IMG/VR virus record: IMGVR_UViG_3300031949_000096 | Location: 1 to 39,498 of that record | DNA: 39,498 nt | Source of the DNA: a virus | Strand: one strand, 5' to 3' | In this document: positions 27,701-36,344 of the stretch, one piece after another | How the letters are laid out: every line of letters starts with the position of its first letter | How positions within the stretch are numbered: the stretch's first letter is position 1 | Notes under the pieces: generated by a model | Databases searched by the model: none | What the model saw: the letters and a program-made list of their open reading frames with translations, nothing else | What the model was told of the DNA's origin: nothing | Position numbers and translations under genes: made by a program

Positions 27701-29498
27701 CTTGAGCGCTAGGTGCTACTTCTTCTTGCGCTTTTGCTGGTAGTCCTTCTGCTCCTTCGCGTTGGAGTCCATTTTTTGCAGGTGCGTCGGACTTCCCCAG
27801 GAACCCTTCGGCTGTTTTGCGGGAGATGGAGCCTTCGGAGAGGGCCCTTGAGACGCGGGACTGGAGTTGTTTTTTGAGCTCGTCATTAGACCCAGTATAC
27901 CCCTTTTCCTTGAGAAAGGCAAGGGGGTCGGCCACCGGCTTCGCGAAGTCGCCGGAGTTGTCTATGAGTGAAAAATTGACACGCGGGTCGTCGGCATACT
28001 TGGCCAGGAGCTCGGCAAACACCTCCGCGGACCCCTGGTGAGACTTGATGTGGTAGTCGACCGGGAGCGTGCGGCCGCTGCCGAGCTCGTCCTCCATGCG
28101 CGTGGCGCGGTTGAGCGCGTTGTCGAGCGCCTTTTCTATATCGTTGTATACATAGCCCACCTGCACGTCGAAGCCGTTGTCGAGTGCCTTGCCGATTTGG
28201 TTGGTCGCCGCGTTTTTGTTGGCGAGGTTGCCGTCGAAGACGATGGGGAACTCGTCGAGGTCCGTGCCGAGCGCGCGCAGTGCCGTGCTCTTGCCGGCGC
28301 CGGTGCCGCCGGCCGAAAAGAAGACCGTGTTATTGCCGACCCCCTGCTTGGTGGTGAGGAGCTCGTCGTAGACGCGGTTGGCCAGGTAGCCGGAGGGCGC
28401 TTGCACGCCGTTTGAAAGTGAGCGGTCCGCCTGGTACGCCGGGAAGAGCTCCTTGGCCTCGTCGGCCGAGACCACGTTGCCGTTTTTTTCGATATACTCC
28501 TGGACCAGCTTGGGCTGGTTGAACTCGATGGCCATGGCGGCATCATCCTCGATAGCGCGCAGCTCCGGGGAGAGCTCCGGGAGGCGGGCCACCGGCGAGG
28601 AGCCGTTGCGCGCAGCCTCCGCCAGGATTTTCATAACCTCCTCCTCGTCCTTGGTGGCGGCAATGCGCACGGCCGCGTCGTCGATGACGTCCTGCGCCAT
28701 CTTCGGGAACTCCTTGCGCAGCGTGCCTTTGATAGCATCCTCGCCGCCCTCTGCGGCGAGCTTGATGGCGGTCCTGCGTATCGGCCCGGTCATGCCGAGG
28801 GTCGCGAAGTCGACGACCGAAAGAGCGGCGTCGAGGTTTTCAAAAAAGCCGGAGCCGCGGATGGCCGCCTTCTCGACGTCGTTGAGTTTGAGCGCCTCGA
28901 CCGCCTTGGTGCGCGCGGTGGAGCTCGGGATAGTGTCGGCGACGGAGATGGCGGTGGCGCGGTCCGGGTCGATGCCCGCCTCTAGTAGGGAGTCATACCG
29001 CTCGGTCACTTTTTCCTCGCGCGGCTTGAGCGTGGACCCGCCGAAGGGGAGTATATCGAGCGGCCGCGCGCCGCCCGGAGAGATGGGGTTGAGCGCGGTG
29101 CGCTGCAGCTGGTCGCCCTGCTCGCCGAGGAAGCCCGAGACGGTGCGGCCGATGCTGCCGCCAGTTATCTCGTCGAGCTTTTCGAGCCCGGACTGGAAGA
29201 TGCTTTTTTTCTCCTTGGGTGCGGCCGAGATGGTCGCCGGCTCGAGCTCGCGGAGCGGTTGGTTGAGCTTGTCTTCTTTGGGTGCGATGACCGCGGGCGT
29301 GTACCCGAACTTCTCCCGGAGAGAGTCGGTGATAGGGGTCGGACTCTTTGCTTGCGATGCAGCAGAATAGGCGGCGACCTTGGGAGTCACCGCCAGAGTG
29401 GAGCCGGGCATCGTCGTGCTCATGGGCAGCAGAAGAGGCGCACTGGTGGCCGTTGGCGCCACCCCGAAACGCTTGCGGAGTTCTGCTGCAGTAGCCAT
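24789..29498 (-). CDS. Giant polyvalent virion/internal (ejection?) protein, 1,569 aa
   Basis: The largest ORF, lying between the internal-protein and lysis genes. It has a zeta-toxin-like P-loop domain (aa ~340-535). The C-terminal ~900 aa include YKTHIPLNRVFEG, which resembles the PLxRFG domain of phage polyvalent proteins. Confidence 0.7.
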   Translation of the reverse strand: MATAAELRKRFGVAPTATSAPLLLPMSTTMPGSTLAVTPKVAAYSAASQAKSPTPITDSLREKFGYTPAVIAPKEDKLNQPLRELEPATISAAPKEKKSIFQSGLEKLDEITGGSIGRTVSGFLGEQGDQLQRTALNPISPGGARPLDILPFGGSTLKPREEKVTERYDSLLEAGIDPDRATAISVADTIPSSTARTKAVEALKLNDVEKAAIRGSGFFENLDAALSVVDFATLGMTGPIRRTAIKLAAEGGEDAIKGTLRKEFPKMAQDVIDDAAVRIAATKDEEEVMKILAEAARNGSSPVARLPELSPELRAIEDDAAMAIEFNQPKLVQEYIEKNGNVVSADEAKELFPAYQADRSLSNGVQAPSGYLANRVYDELLTTKQGVGNNTVFFSAGGTGAGKSTALRALGTDLDEFPIVFDGNLANKNAATNQIGKALDNGFDVQVGYVYNDIEKALDNALNRATRMEDELGSGRTLPVDYHIKSHQGSAEVFAELLAKYADDPRVNFSLIDNSGDFAKPVADPLAFLKEKGYTGSNDELKKQLQSRVSRALSEGSISRKTAEGFLGKSDAPAKNGLQREGAEGLPAKAQEEVAPSAQAKDAPPGAPGEDATRPLPNSSQGKKLGKEALKEPGLRGVLQSGESFSKRLDGTTDATMRSEVESSIPPAGPKDPSKQPLFNNFRHKVGNAWNWMREQVQDDMLRVKQLVDNPNIKISDASDPYQAEVLFHGRVGYRLEEAKDAARNIDRDIVRLAEETGLSDKQLTDEVNRYLIARHAPERNAAIGEGAAGITTAEARAAKAQIEGSKHGAAVMRIADDVQQFNNRTLDVLRDGEVISEELYQTLRTRYKTHIPLNRVFEGEEDMGSALGRGFDVKSTGIKAAKGSQREVADILNNVVANYEQAVIRAEKNRVDLSTLKMVRDNQDILGDTFKEIHPKPIGRGFVSPAEKAAGKEGRIILEQINDPQVLVLREKGKPVYLRIEDPNLAAALRGVSREKLASLIRGVGAITRFYSGLQTRFNPEFAFANKVRDIQEVMVYAGAQGELGARGAVKVVGRELRLENERAVLDLIRGKDSAGAMLYKQMREDGGTTGGLGLSTRVQVDLDMEALRKLNRSNPRAAWKKMVELVDDWNTIFEDSTRLSVYREALKNGASRERAARLAKEASVNFNKTGKAGPIINAFYMFSNASIQGSAKMLMAMKNPKVAAATVLSVAVPVAAVNEWNDYVDPNWRDKVTTWDRLNALSVMIPSADGSGVRYITIPVSWGLKPIKVMVDQLSDLANGKSKGIVDAMGAAMVSVIEGYNPAGGTDLISALTPTVIDLPVELGRNQGWHGGKIRADWDRHAPASIQYFDSLKDSSSGQIAIAFSRGLSGIGVEVSPADINYTYEQLIGGAGRAATKTANTVSAAAKLEAPALRDVPIVSRFFKARTEEEVGAGTDKYEKYKDVLMDQSRERFILDQQAEDSYQQMKNLPTEEAAARWSELNAVDKDLAAKVAAIAKAEKKNLNYTDRMLLEMGVANGTRAKMIVEEFDALGSKEAKAKLWTEYVEKGILTKEVQKQVTYLLTQQSE
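27894..28481 (-). other. Zeta-toxin-like P-loop kinase domain within the 1,569-aa protein
   Basis: TVFFSAGGTGAGKSTALRALG (Walker A at 28287..28313), then IVFDGNLANK, then DVQVGYVYNDIEKALDNALNRATRM. The order and spacing look like zeta/AAA_33-type kinases. Confidence 0.6.
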
Positions 29499-29507
29499 AT
29501 AAATATA

Positions 29508-30749
29508 TTACTCGAACGGATTTTTGGTGCCGCTGCCCTGCGTCGCCTCCCAGTCTTCGAGGGACTTGAGCAGGTTCTCCGGGGTGGCCGAGCTGCTGCC
29601 GGAGCCGTTGCGTGCAAACGCCTCGCGGAAGGCCGAAGGCGAGTTGACGTAGATGCTGCGCGTGCGCTCGTCGGCGTTGGCGAGGCCGGCCTGCGAGAGC
29701 TGGCGCTTGTCCTCGTCCGAGAAGGTGACCCCGCTGCCGGAAGCCGCGGGCGCCTTGTAGCCAGGGAGGCTCTCCACGCGGAGGCTCTCTTTTTTGTTGC
29801 CCTTCGCGTCGTAGGTCGTGGTCTTGATAGCGACCTGGCCATTGGTGAAGACCTGCTGCACCGACTCTTCGGGTCCGAGATTTTGTGGCAGCTCGAACTC
29901 GAGCGTCGACGTCTTGCCGGAGACCGGGTCTTCGTAGAAGGTGATGTACTTGTTGCCCACGGTGGTGGAGCCGAGCTTGTTTTTTGCCGGCACGCTCGCA
30001 AGGAAGGCACCCTTGACCGCGTTCTCATCGCCACCGAAGGCGTCGAGGAGCTTGGAGTAGCTCGGGCTGTTCTGCAGCGAGTCGTAGGATGCGCCGGATG
30101 CGGCGATGGCCGCGAGCGTGTTGGTCGCGGTGGCGCGTTGGCCGTCCCGGAAGTTCTTGATGGCGGCGAGACCGGCCTCCGCGTTGGTGCGGTAGACCTC
30201 GGTCGCTTTTGCATACGCCTCATCGGCATCGCTCGGAACGCCGGAGAGCACGGCCGCAATTTTTGCATCGCGCTCCGCCTCCTTTCCTTGGATGATGGCG
30301 AGGTTGTCGTCCTCCGTCTCCTGCGCAGCTGCGCTCGCGAAGTCGGAGCCTTGGAGGTTGCTGGAGATGTTAAGCGCCCGAGTGCGGTTATTGCGCGTGT
30401 CTCCGGCCGCACGCTCGCCAGCAATGACGCCGTTAAAAGACGCCCGGATGCTGTCGACGATGCGGTTGGCCTGCTCGGTCTTCTCCTGGAGTATCTGCTC
30501 GCGGGTCTTAGGCTTGTCCGCTGCGAGCGCGGCAAGGCCCTCGGTGAGCGTCTTCTCCGGGGAGTTGTCGGGTGCAGCAGTGACCTCTGTACGCGCATCC
30601 TTGCGGCTCACGCGCGCGTCGAGCTGCTCCTTAGTCGGATTGATGGGGACGATAGGAGACGGAGGAGTAGGAGGAGCCGGCGGTGGGGTATTGACCGGGG
30701 CGCTGGGGATGATGGAGCCGGTGCCGTCTTTATTTGCGTACTGGGGCAT
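29508..30749 (-). CDS. Virion internal/structural protein (413 aa)
   Basis: Begins MPQYANKDGTG... followed by a Pro-rich linker. It is trimmed from track ORF 29508..30839 to the ATG 1 nt after the upstream stop. Confidence 0.55.
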   Translation of the reverse strand: MPQYANKDGTGSIIPSAPVNTPPPAPPTPPSPIVPINPTKEQLDARVSRKDARTEVTAAPDNSPEKTLTEGLAALAADKPKTREQILQEKTEQANRIVDSIRASFNGVIAGERAAGDTRNNRTRALNISSNLQGSDFASAAAQETEDDNLAIIQGKEAERDAKIAAVLSGVPSDADEAYAKATEVYRTNAEAGLAAIKNFRDGQRATATNTLAAIAASGASYDSLQNSPSYSKLLDAFGGDENAVKGAFLASVPAKNKLGSTTVGNKYITFYEDPVSGKTSTLEFELPQNLGPEESVQQVFTNGQVAIKTTTYDAKGNKKESLRVESLPGYKAPAASGSGVTFSDEDKRQLSQAGLANADERTRSIYVNSPSAFREAFARNGSGSSSATPENLLKSLEDWEATQGSGTKNPFE

Positions 30750-30750
30750 A

Positions 30751-32421
30751 TTAGTAAAAGTAGGTGTTAAGCGCTTCGAGGTGCTTACCTGTGGCTCCGC
30801 CGCCAGCATCACCACCTCCGCCGCCTCCATTGGAGCCACCCGACCCGCCAGTCACGTTGTAGGTGCCGGTGTTGGATATGAGGGAGCCAAAGAGGACGAG
30901 GATACTGCCACCACCGCCACCACCGCCACCACCGCCACCCGGGCTGCTGCCGCCGTTGGTGCCGTTTGCGCCGGAGGCCATAAACCCGCCGGTCGTGAAC
31001 GTATAGCCGCCAGCGCACTCGATGTAGAGACCGCCTGCGCCGCGGCCCATGGCGCCGGTCGTACCGGCCGAGCCGGAGCCACCATCGCCACCGTTGCCGC
31101 CTGGAGGTGCTGCGCGCGTGGAGGTCGCGAGTGCAGGCAAGGGCCGGCCTCCGTAGCCCCTTGTGCCGGGACCATTGCTCGCATCATTTCCGATGCTTCC
31201 TGCGCCGGCGGCGGAACCGCCTCCGCCTCCGCCACCACCACTCCAGTTTGCCGAGCCGTTGGCGTCGCCGTTGCCCTCGAAGCCGTTGGCGACGCCGCCG
31301 CCGAGCCAGCGGAGGTCTATCATGGTCATGCTCGAAGAGGTAAAGGTACAGGTGCCCTGGGAGCGAAGTATCACGGTGACGCCGGAGGTGCTCGTCGCTG
31401 CGCTCGAAAAGTTGAGGGAGCCAGTGCCGGTGATGGCGATGCTGGTGTAGTTCTTCTCGTAGACGCCGTTGGTGCCGAGCGGCACGGTCGTGGTACCCGA
31501 GCTTATCGCCAGCGCGCCATCGGTGCCGGTGCCGCCGAACATCCGGGGAGTGAGCGTGGCGCCTTGGTAGATGATGTTGCCGGTGACGGTGAGGTTGGTC
31601 GTGGTCGCGTTGGTGCTCGAGGCGTTAGTTGCAAAAAGCGAGGAGAAGATGAAGTGCTCGGTCAAGTTGAGCCATGCCTGCTTGAGGTAGCCGGCGGCAT
31701 CGCTGACGATGGTCGTGTTGGCGCTTACACTCTGCGGAGTCGAAGGAGTGGAGCTCGCATACCGGCTCTGCAGCACCGTGGGCTTGTCCACGCCGCCGTA
31801 GTAGGAGGAGGCTTGCTCCGCTGCGGTCGCAAGTTCGACGATACCGCCGAAAGTTTCGGTCGAAGTAGCGGCACCGGCGTTGGCCAGGTTGCGTATGTAG
31901 CCGATATTACAGATGGTCTCGCTTGCCGACCCGGAGGTGCAGCTGGTGGTCGTAGCGTAGCGGACCAGGTTGGGGAAGTCCCCCTCGCCGTTGATGATGC
32001 GGGTGATTTGAACGATGACCGGGGCGTCCGTTATTTTGACGATGGCGCCACGGCCGTGGCGCTTCTGCAGGGCAGTGACGCTCGTGGTGCCGGTGACCGT
32101 GGAAACACCGCGGACCATATCGGTGATGGTGTTGTTGGCGGCCGCAGTGCCGATGACGTACTCGAGGAGCGTGGTGCCTTCGTCGATGGTAAAGCCATAG
32201 ACGCGGCCGGTCACGAGGTCGGTGCCGTCATCGGTCTCAAAGGAGACCAGCGTCATGCTGGTCGCCGAGCTCGTTATTGTGGCCGCGAGCGAGGTCTCAA
32301 AAGAGGCGACCGGGGTGGCGATGGCGCCGGTGGTTAGATTTTGCTGTGCGAAATTGCCGCCGACGAAACCTGCGCCGAAGGCTGCGAGGAGGATGAGTGC
32401 GCCGACAAGTATTTTTTTCAT
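30751..32421 (-). CDS. Tail fibre / receptor-binding protein with an N-terminal hydrophobic anchor and a Gly-rich C-terminal domain
   Basis: 556 aa beginning MKKILVGALILLAAFGAGFVGG. It has a fibre-like motif (FGGIVELATAAEQASS), Thr/Ser-rich beta segments and poly-Gly tracts. Confidence 0.6.
   Translation of the reverse strand: MKKILVGALILLAAFGAGFVGGNFAQQNLTTGAIATPVASFETSLAATITSSATSMTLVSFETDDGTDLVTGRVYGFTIDEGTTLLEYVIGTAAANNTITDMVRGVSTVTGTTSVTALQKRHGRGAIVKITDAPVIVQITRIINGEGDFPNLVRYATTTSCTSGSASETICNIGYIRNLANAGAATSTETFGGIVELATAAEQASSYYGGVDKPTVLQSRYASSTPSTPQSVSANTTIVSDAAGYLKQAWLNLTEHFIFSSLFATNASSTNATTTNLTVTGNIIYQGATLTPRMFGGTGTDGALAISSGTTTVPLGTNGVYEKNYTSIAITGTGSLNFSSAATSTSGVTVILRSQGTCTFTSSSMTMIDLRWLGGGVANGFEGNGDANGSANWSGGGGGGGGSAAGAGSIGNDASNGPGTRGYGGRPLPALATSTRAAPPGGNGGDGGSGSAGTTGAMGRGAGGLYIECAGGYTFTTGGFMASGANGTNGGSSPGGGGGGGGGGGSILVLFGSLISNTGTYNVTGGSGGSNGGGGGGDAGGGATGKHLEALNTYFY
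30907..30940. repeat. Tandem 9-bp repeat (GCCACCACC x3.8) encoding poly-Gly
   Basis: Read directly: gccaccacc gccaccacc gccaccacc gccaccc, inside the fibre gene. Confidence 0.85.
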
Positions 32422-32469
32422 AGTGAGCTTTTGCCGGGCTCTATGCTAATAAATATATCACGCAATACT

Positions 32470-34356
32470 TTAGTCCGAGAGGAAGCTGTTGACACCCACC
32501 CGACCTTTGAAGCGGATGTCCTTAATCTCGTACCCCGACACGGTAGCGATGCCCACATTGAGCGCCTGGAACTTGACCCGGATGCGCTTAAAGAGCTCCG
32601 TGTTGATGGGAAACTCCACCTCGTAGGGGTGGCCCGAGAGGCCGGTCTCGCCGCCGCCGATTTGGCTGGTGCCGATGGTAGGGGAGCCGATGGTGATGCT
32701 CTGCCCGGAGCTCACATAGGAGCCAGTGCCCTGGATGATTTTGTAGAGGACGAAAGGCCCGAGGTCGAGCGAGAGGTATACCCCGATATTTTGGTCCCGG
32801 TCGATGATGCCCCGGACGACCATTTGGTTCGCTATTTTTTTGCCCTTTGAGTCGAGGTCATCGTTGCCCGAAATCCAGTAGTTTGGTATCTCGACGTCGT
32901 CGTCGGTGAGGCCGGAGAAGAGGGTGTAGAGGTTGGGCGCGCCCGAGTCGCCGGCGAGCAGGGTGCCGTTGAAGTCATCGAAGCAGGTGGCCCGGATGTC
33001 GGTCACGTCCCAGGAGCCATAGAGTTTATTGTAAAAGAGCACGCGGTTGTTGACCGTGGAGCTGGAGGTGCGGCACGCGACCGCGAGATAGTCGCCCCAC
33101 TCATACACCGCCGCTTTGTCGAAGCGGTAAGGCGAGAGGTCGAGGAAGTCGGAGATGCTCTTCGGCAGCTCCTTGTTGTCGGCGTACTGCGAGGGCACCA
33201 GGAGGCGGATGTACGCATTGTCCTGCTTGATGGCATCGACGTAGTAGAGGCCGTCCCCGGACTCGGCGAGTGCGCGCCAGTGGGGGATGCCTACCTGGGA
33301 GCGGAAGATGGGGTTGGAGGCATCGGCATCGTCGCTCGATATACTCACGCGCCAGGTTTTTTTCGTGTGGAAGGAGAACTCCGAAGAGTCGATGGAGCCG
33401 ATATTTTGTAGCTCCGCACCGCCGTCGTCCTGGCGCAGTACGAAGCCTTCGCCAGGCGCGCGTGGCGTAGCTTTGGAGAAGTCCAGGATGCCCTCGTCGG
33501 TCGAGTCCTCGACATAATAGTCGCAGGTGATAGCCGTGAGGTTGACCACCGCGGTGGCGAAGGTCACGGAGACGGCGCCGGTGGCGTAGTTGACCGTGCC
33601 GGTACCTCCCAGGCTGCCCATCAGGACGCCGTTGCGGTCGTCGTAGAAGGTCTCGACGCCGTCGGTGACGCTCACATAGTGGGCGGTCTTTTTGCCGGAG
33701 ACATTGGTGAGCGTGTGCGCGAAGGTGACCAGGATGCCGTTGCCGGTGCCGTATGATTCGTTATCGTAAAAGGTGTAGTCGGCGAGCTCGTCTTTATCGA
33801 GGTAGCTGCCGTAGAGACCCGAGGGGTCTTCGATGCCGTTGGTGCCCAGGCGCTTCCATAGCCAGGTGCGACCGCGCTTTATTTTGAAGCGGCCGCGGTG
33901 GTCGGTCATCGACTGGTTCACCGCCGAGCCTGGGTTGGCGATGGGTATTTTATAAAAGCTCGAGTTGGGGCTCGAGACGTAGAGCATCGCGCCGGCGAGC
34001 GAGTGATACTCCTGCAGCGCAAAATCGTCTTCCTCCGCGTCTTCGGGGAAGAGGTTGCTGCCCACCTCGATGCTGGCGTCGGTGGCGAGGTCGTAGTATT
34101 TGAGCTTGCGGCCGTGCGTGTAAAAAGGGACCAGTGTGCCGTCGAAGCGGGCCGCCACCTTGAGCCCGGTGACCGGCGAGCTTGAGCCTTCCACGGCCGT
34201 GCCGGTGAGCGCCTGGCCGCCGCGCAGCTCGATGTGGTCGCCGCGGCTCATCCAGTTGAGCGAGTCGGAGGACGCGCCACGCGGAATAGTCTCATCCTCG
34301 AAGCGAGTGACGACTCCGTGCTTGAACTCTTCGACTGATATGGCGGGTAGTCTCAT
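32470..34356 (-). CDS. Large tail/nozzle-like structural protein (628 aa)
   Basis: A beta-rich sequence positioned between the adaptor-like and fibre genes. The functional call is positional only. Confidence 0.5.
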   Translation of the reverse strand: MRLPAISVEEFKHGVVTRFEDETIPRGASSDSLNWMSRGDHIELRGGQALTGTAVEGSSSPVTGLKVAARFDGTLVPFYTHGRKLKYYDLATDASIEVGSNLFPEDAEEDDFALQEYHSLAGAMLYVSSPNSSFYKIPIANPGSAVNQSMTDHRGRFKIKRGRTWLWKRLGTNGIEDPSGLYGSYLDKDELADYTFYDNESYGTGNGILVTFAHTLTNVSGKKTAHYVSVTDGVETFYDDRNGVLMGSLGGTGTVNYATGAVSVTFATAVVNLTAITCDYYVEDSTDEGILDFSKATPRAPGEGFVLRQDDGGAELQNIGSIDSSEFSFHTKKTWRVSISSDDADASNPIFRSQVGIPHWRALAESGDGLYYVDAIKQDNAYIRLLVPSQYADNKELPKSISDFLDLSPYRFDKAAVYEWGDYLAVACRTSSSTVNNRVLFYNKLYGSWDVTDIRATCFDDFNGTLLAGDSGAPNLYTLFSGLTDDDVEIPNYWISGNDDLDSKGKKIANQMVVRGIIDRDQNIGVYLSLDLGPFVLYKIIQGTGSYVSSGQSITIGSPTIGTSQIGGGETGLSGHPYEVEFPINTELFKRIRVKFQALNVGIATVSGYEIKDIRFKGRVGVNSFLSD

Positions 34357-34362
34357 GGTGGG

Positions 34363-35004
34363 TTATACGCCCAGCATGGAGCGCTGGCGGGCATCGTCGG
34401 CCATGACCAGCGCCGAAAGGATGGCGCCGGCTTCGGGCGAGTAGAGCTTTATATTCTCGAGGTTGACCTCGTCGTAGTCGCGGGACTTTTCCATGATGGC
34501 CACCAGGTAGCCGAGCAGCGCGTGGTACTCCGAGTCAAAGACCCAGGTGTCCGCGTCGTCGGTGAGCGCCGGGGAGTATTTGATGAAGCTCCAGTAGGCA
34601 GTATAAGCCTTGGGGGTCGGGCCGGTCACGATGAACGTGCCGGCCGCGTAGTTGATAGCAAAGTAGCCCGGGGTGTTTTGGTACTCCAGGCGCTGCGGCC
34701 ACTGTATCTCGGTGAGCGGCACCACCTCGGTCCCGGAGACGAGCACCAGCGGGCTGTAGGCGCCATTGCCGCGCTTGACCGGGTGCGGCTTCGCGAAGCG
34801 CGTCGGCAGCGTGTAGGGGGTGTTCCAGGAGCTCGCAGCGGCAATAGCCTGGCTCGAGTCCTCATTGCGCAGCACGACCCAGGGGCGGTGCGCCTCCACC
34901 TTATTTTTTGCGAGGTTGAGCAGGATGCCGAAAAGGTCGGCGTCCATGGTCCGGCCATCGAGCAGGTTGTCGTTGACGAAAGTCTGTAGTTCGGTTCTAG
35001 TCAT
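34363..35004 (-). CDS. Head-tail adaptor-like structural protein (213 aa)
   Basis: The N-terminus (TELQTFVNDNLLDG..DADLFGILLNLAKNKVEAHRPW) resembles connector/adaptor families. The call is mainly positional. Confidence 0.45.
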   Translation of the reverse strand: MTRTELQTFVNDNLLDGRTMDADLFGILLNLAKNKVEAHRPWVVLRNEDSSQAIAAASSWNTPYTLPTRFAKPHPVKRGNGAYSPLVLVSGTEVVPLTEIQWPQRLEYQNTPGYFAINYAAGTFIVTGPTPKAYTAYWSFIKYSPALTDDADTWVFDSEYHALLGYLVAIMEKSRDYDEVNLENIKLYSPEAGAILSALVMADDARQRSMLGV

Positions 35005-35896
35005 TTTGTTTTTTTGAGCCGGAGGGCGTAAGGGCTAATATGGCGGCGAGCAGATTTTTGAGGGCCGCGATGAGCCCTTCCACGACCTTCGCGAGCTGGC
35101 TTTTTTTTTGCTGCACTTCCCCCGGCGCGTACCGGCGGAGGTAGTACACCTTGGCGAAGCCGAAGTCGTAGTCTGCGGCGAGGTCCTTTTCGACCTGGTC
35201 ATAGTGGTCGTATACGCGCCAGGTGCCGTCCGGGTTGCGGCGCAGCAGCTGCACCCAGTGGTTATCCGACTCTCCGCGGGCCTTGAAAAAGATGCCGTCG
35301 CGGCTCTTCCAGGCGAGGACGGAGACGCACACGGTGCCGCGCTGCAGCGCATACTCGAGCTTTGTCGCCTTCTCCTCCGGGCTGCCCTGCATAATGAAGA
35401 CCCAGTCGTGCCCTATCTCGAACTTGGTGATGAGTTTTTTGCCGATGTTGAGATACGCCTGGAGCATGGGCTTCGGCGAGTAGTATTTTTCCCAGGTGTC
35501 TATGCTTTCATCAAAAGGGAGGATGCCCTCGTCGACGCCGCCTATCTCGGTGCGGATGAGCTCGATGACTTTGTGCGGGGCATTGCCCTCGGGCGTGGTC
35601 TCGGTGAGCACGCCGCTGTAGCGCTCCGCAAAATTGCGCGGGAAGTCTACGAAATCGTGAAAAATGCCGAGGGTCTCGAGCGCATTGTAGGTACCGTAGT
35701 TGGAGCAGTTCATCGTCTCCAGTCCGTTCTTATTCTGCAGCTCCCGGACCGGCTTGTGCGGGCTCCAGTCTCCCTTCGGGTTGATGACCGCGGCGCCGGC
35801 GAACTTGCTGGCGCCGAGTATATACATATCCGGGGTAAAGGCCTCGGCCTGGAAGCCGTGGTTGCGGATGTCGATTTTGATGGTGGGGTCGGTCAT
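34997..35896 (-). CDS. Papain-like cysteine peptidase fold protein (candidate virion-associated cell-wall hydrolase) with a C-terminal amphipathic helix
   Basis: 299 aa. The candidate triad is Cys in LETMNCSNYGTYNALE, His in ESDNHWVQLL and Asp in WRVYDHYD. It is trimmed from track ORF 34997..36097 to the ATG that abuts the upstream stop. Confidence 0.45.
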   Translation of the reverse strand: MTDPTIKIDIRNHGFQAEAFTPDMYILGASKFAGAAVINPKGDWSPHKPVRELQNKNGLETMNCSNYGTYNALETLGIFHDFVDFPRNFAERYSGVLTETTPEGNAPHKVIELIRTEIGGVDEGILPFDESIDTWEKYYSPKPMLQAYLNIGKKLITKFEIGHDWVFIMQGSPEEKATKLEYALQRGTVCVSVLAWKSRDGIFFKARGESDNHWVQLLRRNPDGTWRVYDHYDQVEKDLAADYDFGFAKVYYLRRYAPGEVQQKKSQLAKVVEGLIAALKNLLAAILALTPSGSKKQND

Positions 35897-35897
35897 G

Positions 35898-36338
35898 TTA
35901 CTTGTGGAGCACCCAGGCTGCGAGTGCGACGAGCCAGCCTTTGAACGCGCCGGTGATGATAGAGAAGGCCACCAGGAGCGCTGCGAGGCCCAGGACGAAG
36001 CGGGAGAGCCACTTGCCGCCTCCGTTGACCAGCTGCGCCGAGAGGGCCAGTTTGTCGTAAAAGGCGACCACCGGCTGCACGTCTTTTTTAGTAGCAAACT
36101 TCGGGATGAGGTGACCTGTCTCCGGGTTGCGCTTCACCTCTCCCTCGTCGTCGAGTTCGACGAACAATTTAGTGAGGTCTGCGAGGTCTTGCTTTGTGGC
36201 CAAAGTATCCATCTTCTCCGAGCCTGCCTGAAACGCCAGGGCGTCTGCCTTCTCGTGGTTGCGCATCCACGAGTGGATGGACCCGAGCTCCCTGGCGGTC
36301 GACATCTTTTTCTTTTTTAGGGGAGCTCGTTTTTTCAT
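35898..36338 (-). CDS. Membrane protein (146 aa) with two C-terminal TM helices
   Basis: The C-terminus reads ...KWLSRFVLGLAALLVAFSIITGAFKGWLVALAAWVLHK, and the N-terminus is basic. Confidence 0.6.
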   Translation of the reverse strand: MKKRAPLKKKKMSTARELGSIHSWMRNHEKADALAFQAGSEKMDTLATKQDLADLTKLFVELDDEGEVKRNPETGHLIPKFATKKDVQPVVAFYDKLALSAQLVNGGGKWLSRFVLGLAALLVAFSIITGAFKGWLVALAAWVLHK

Positions 36339-36344
36339 AGGTCC

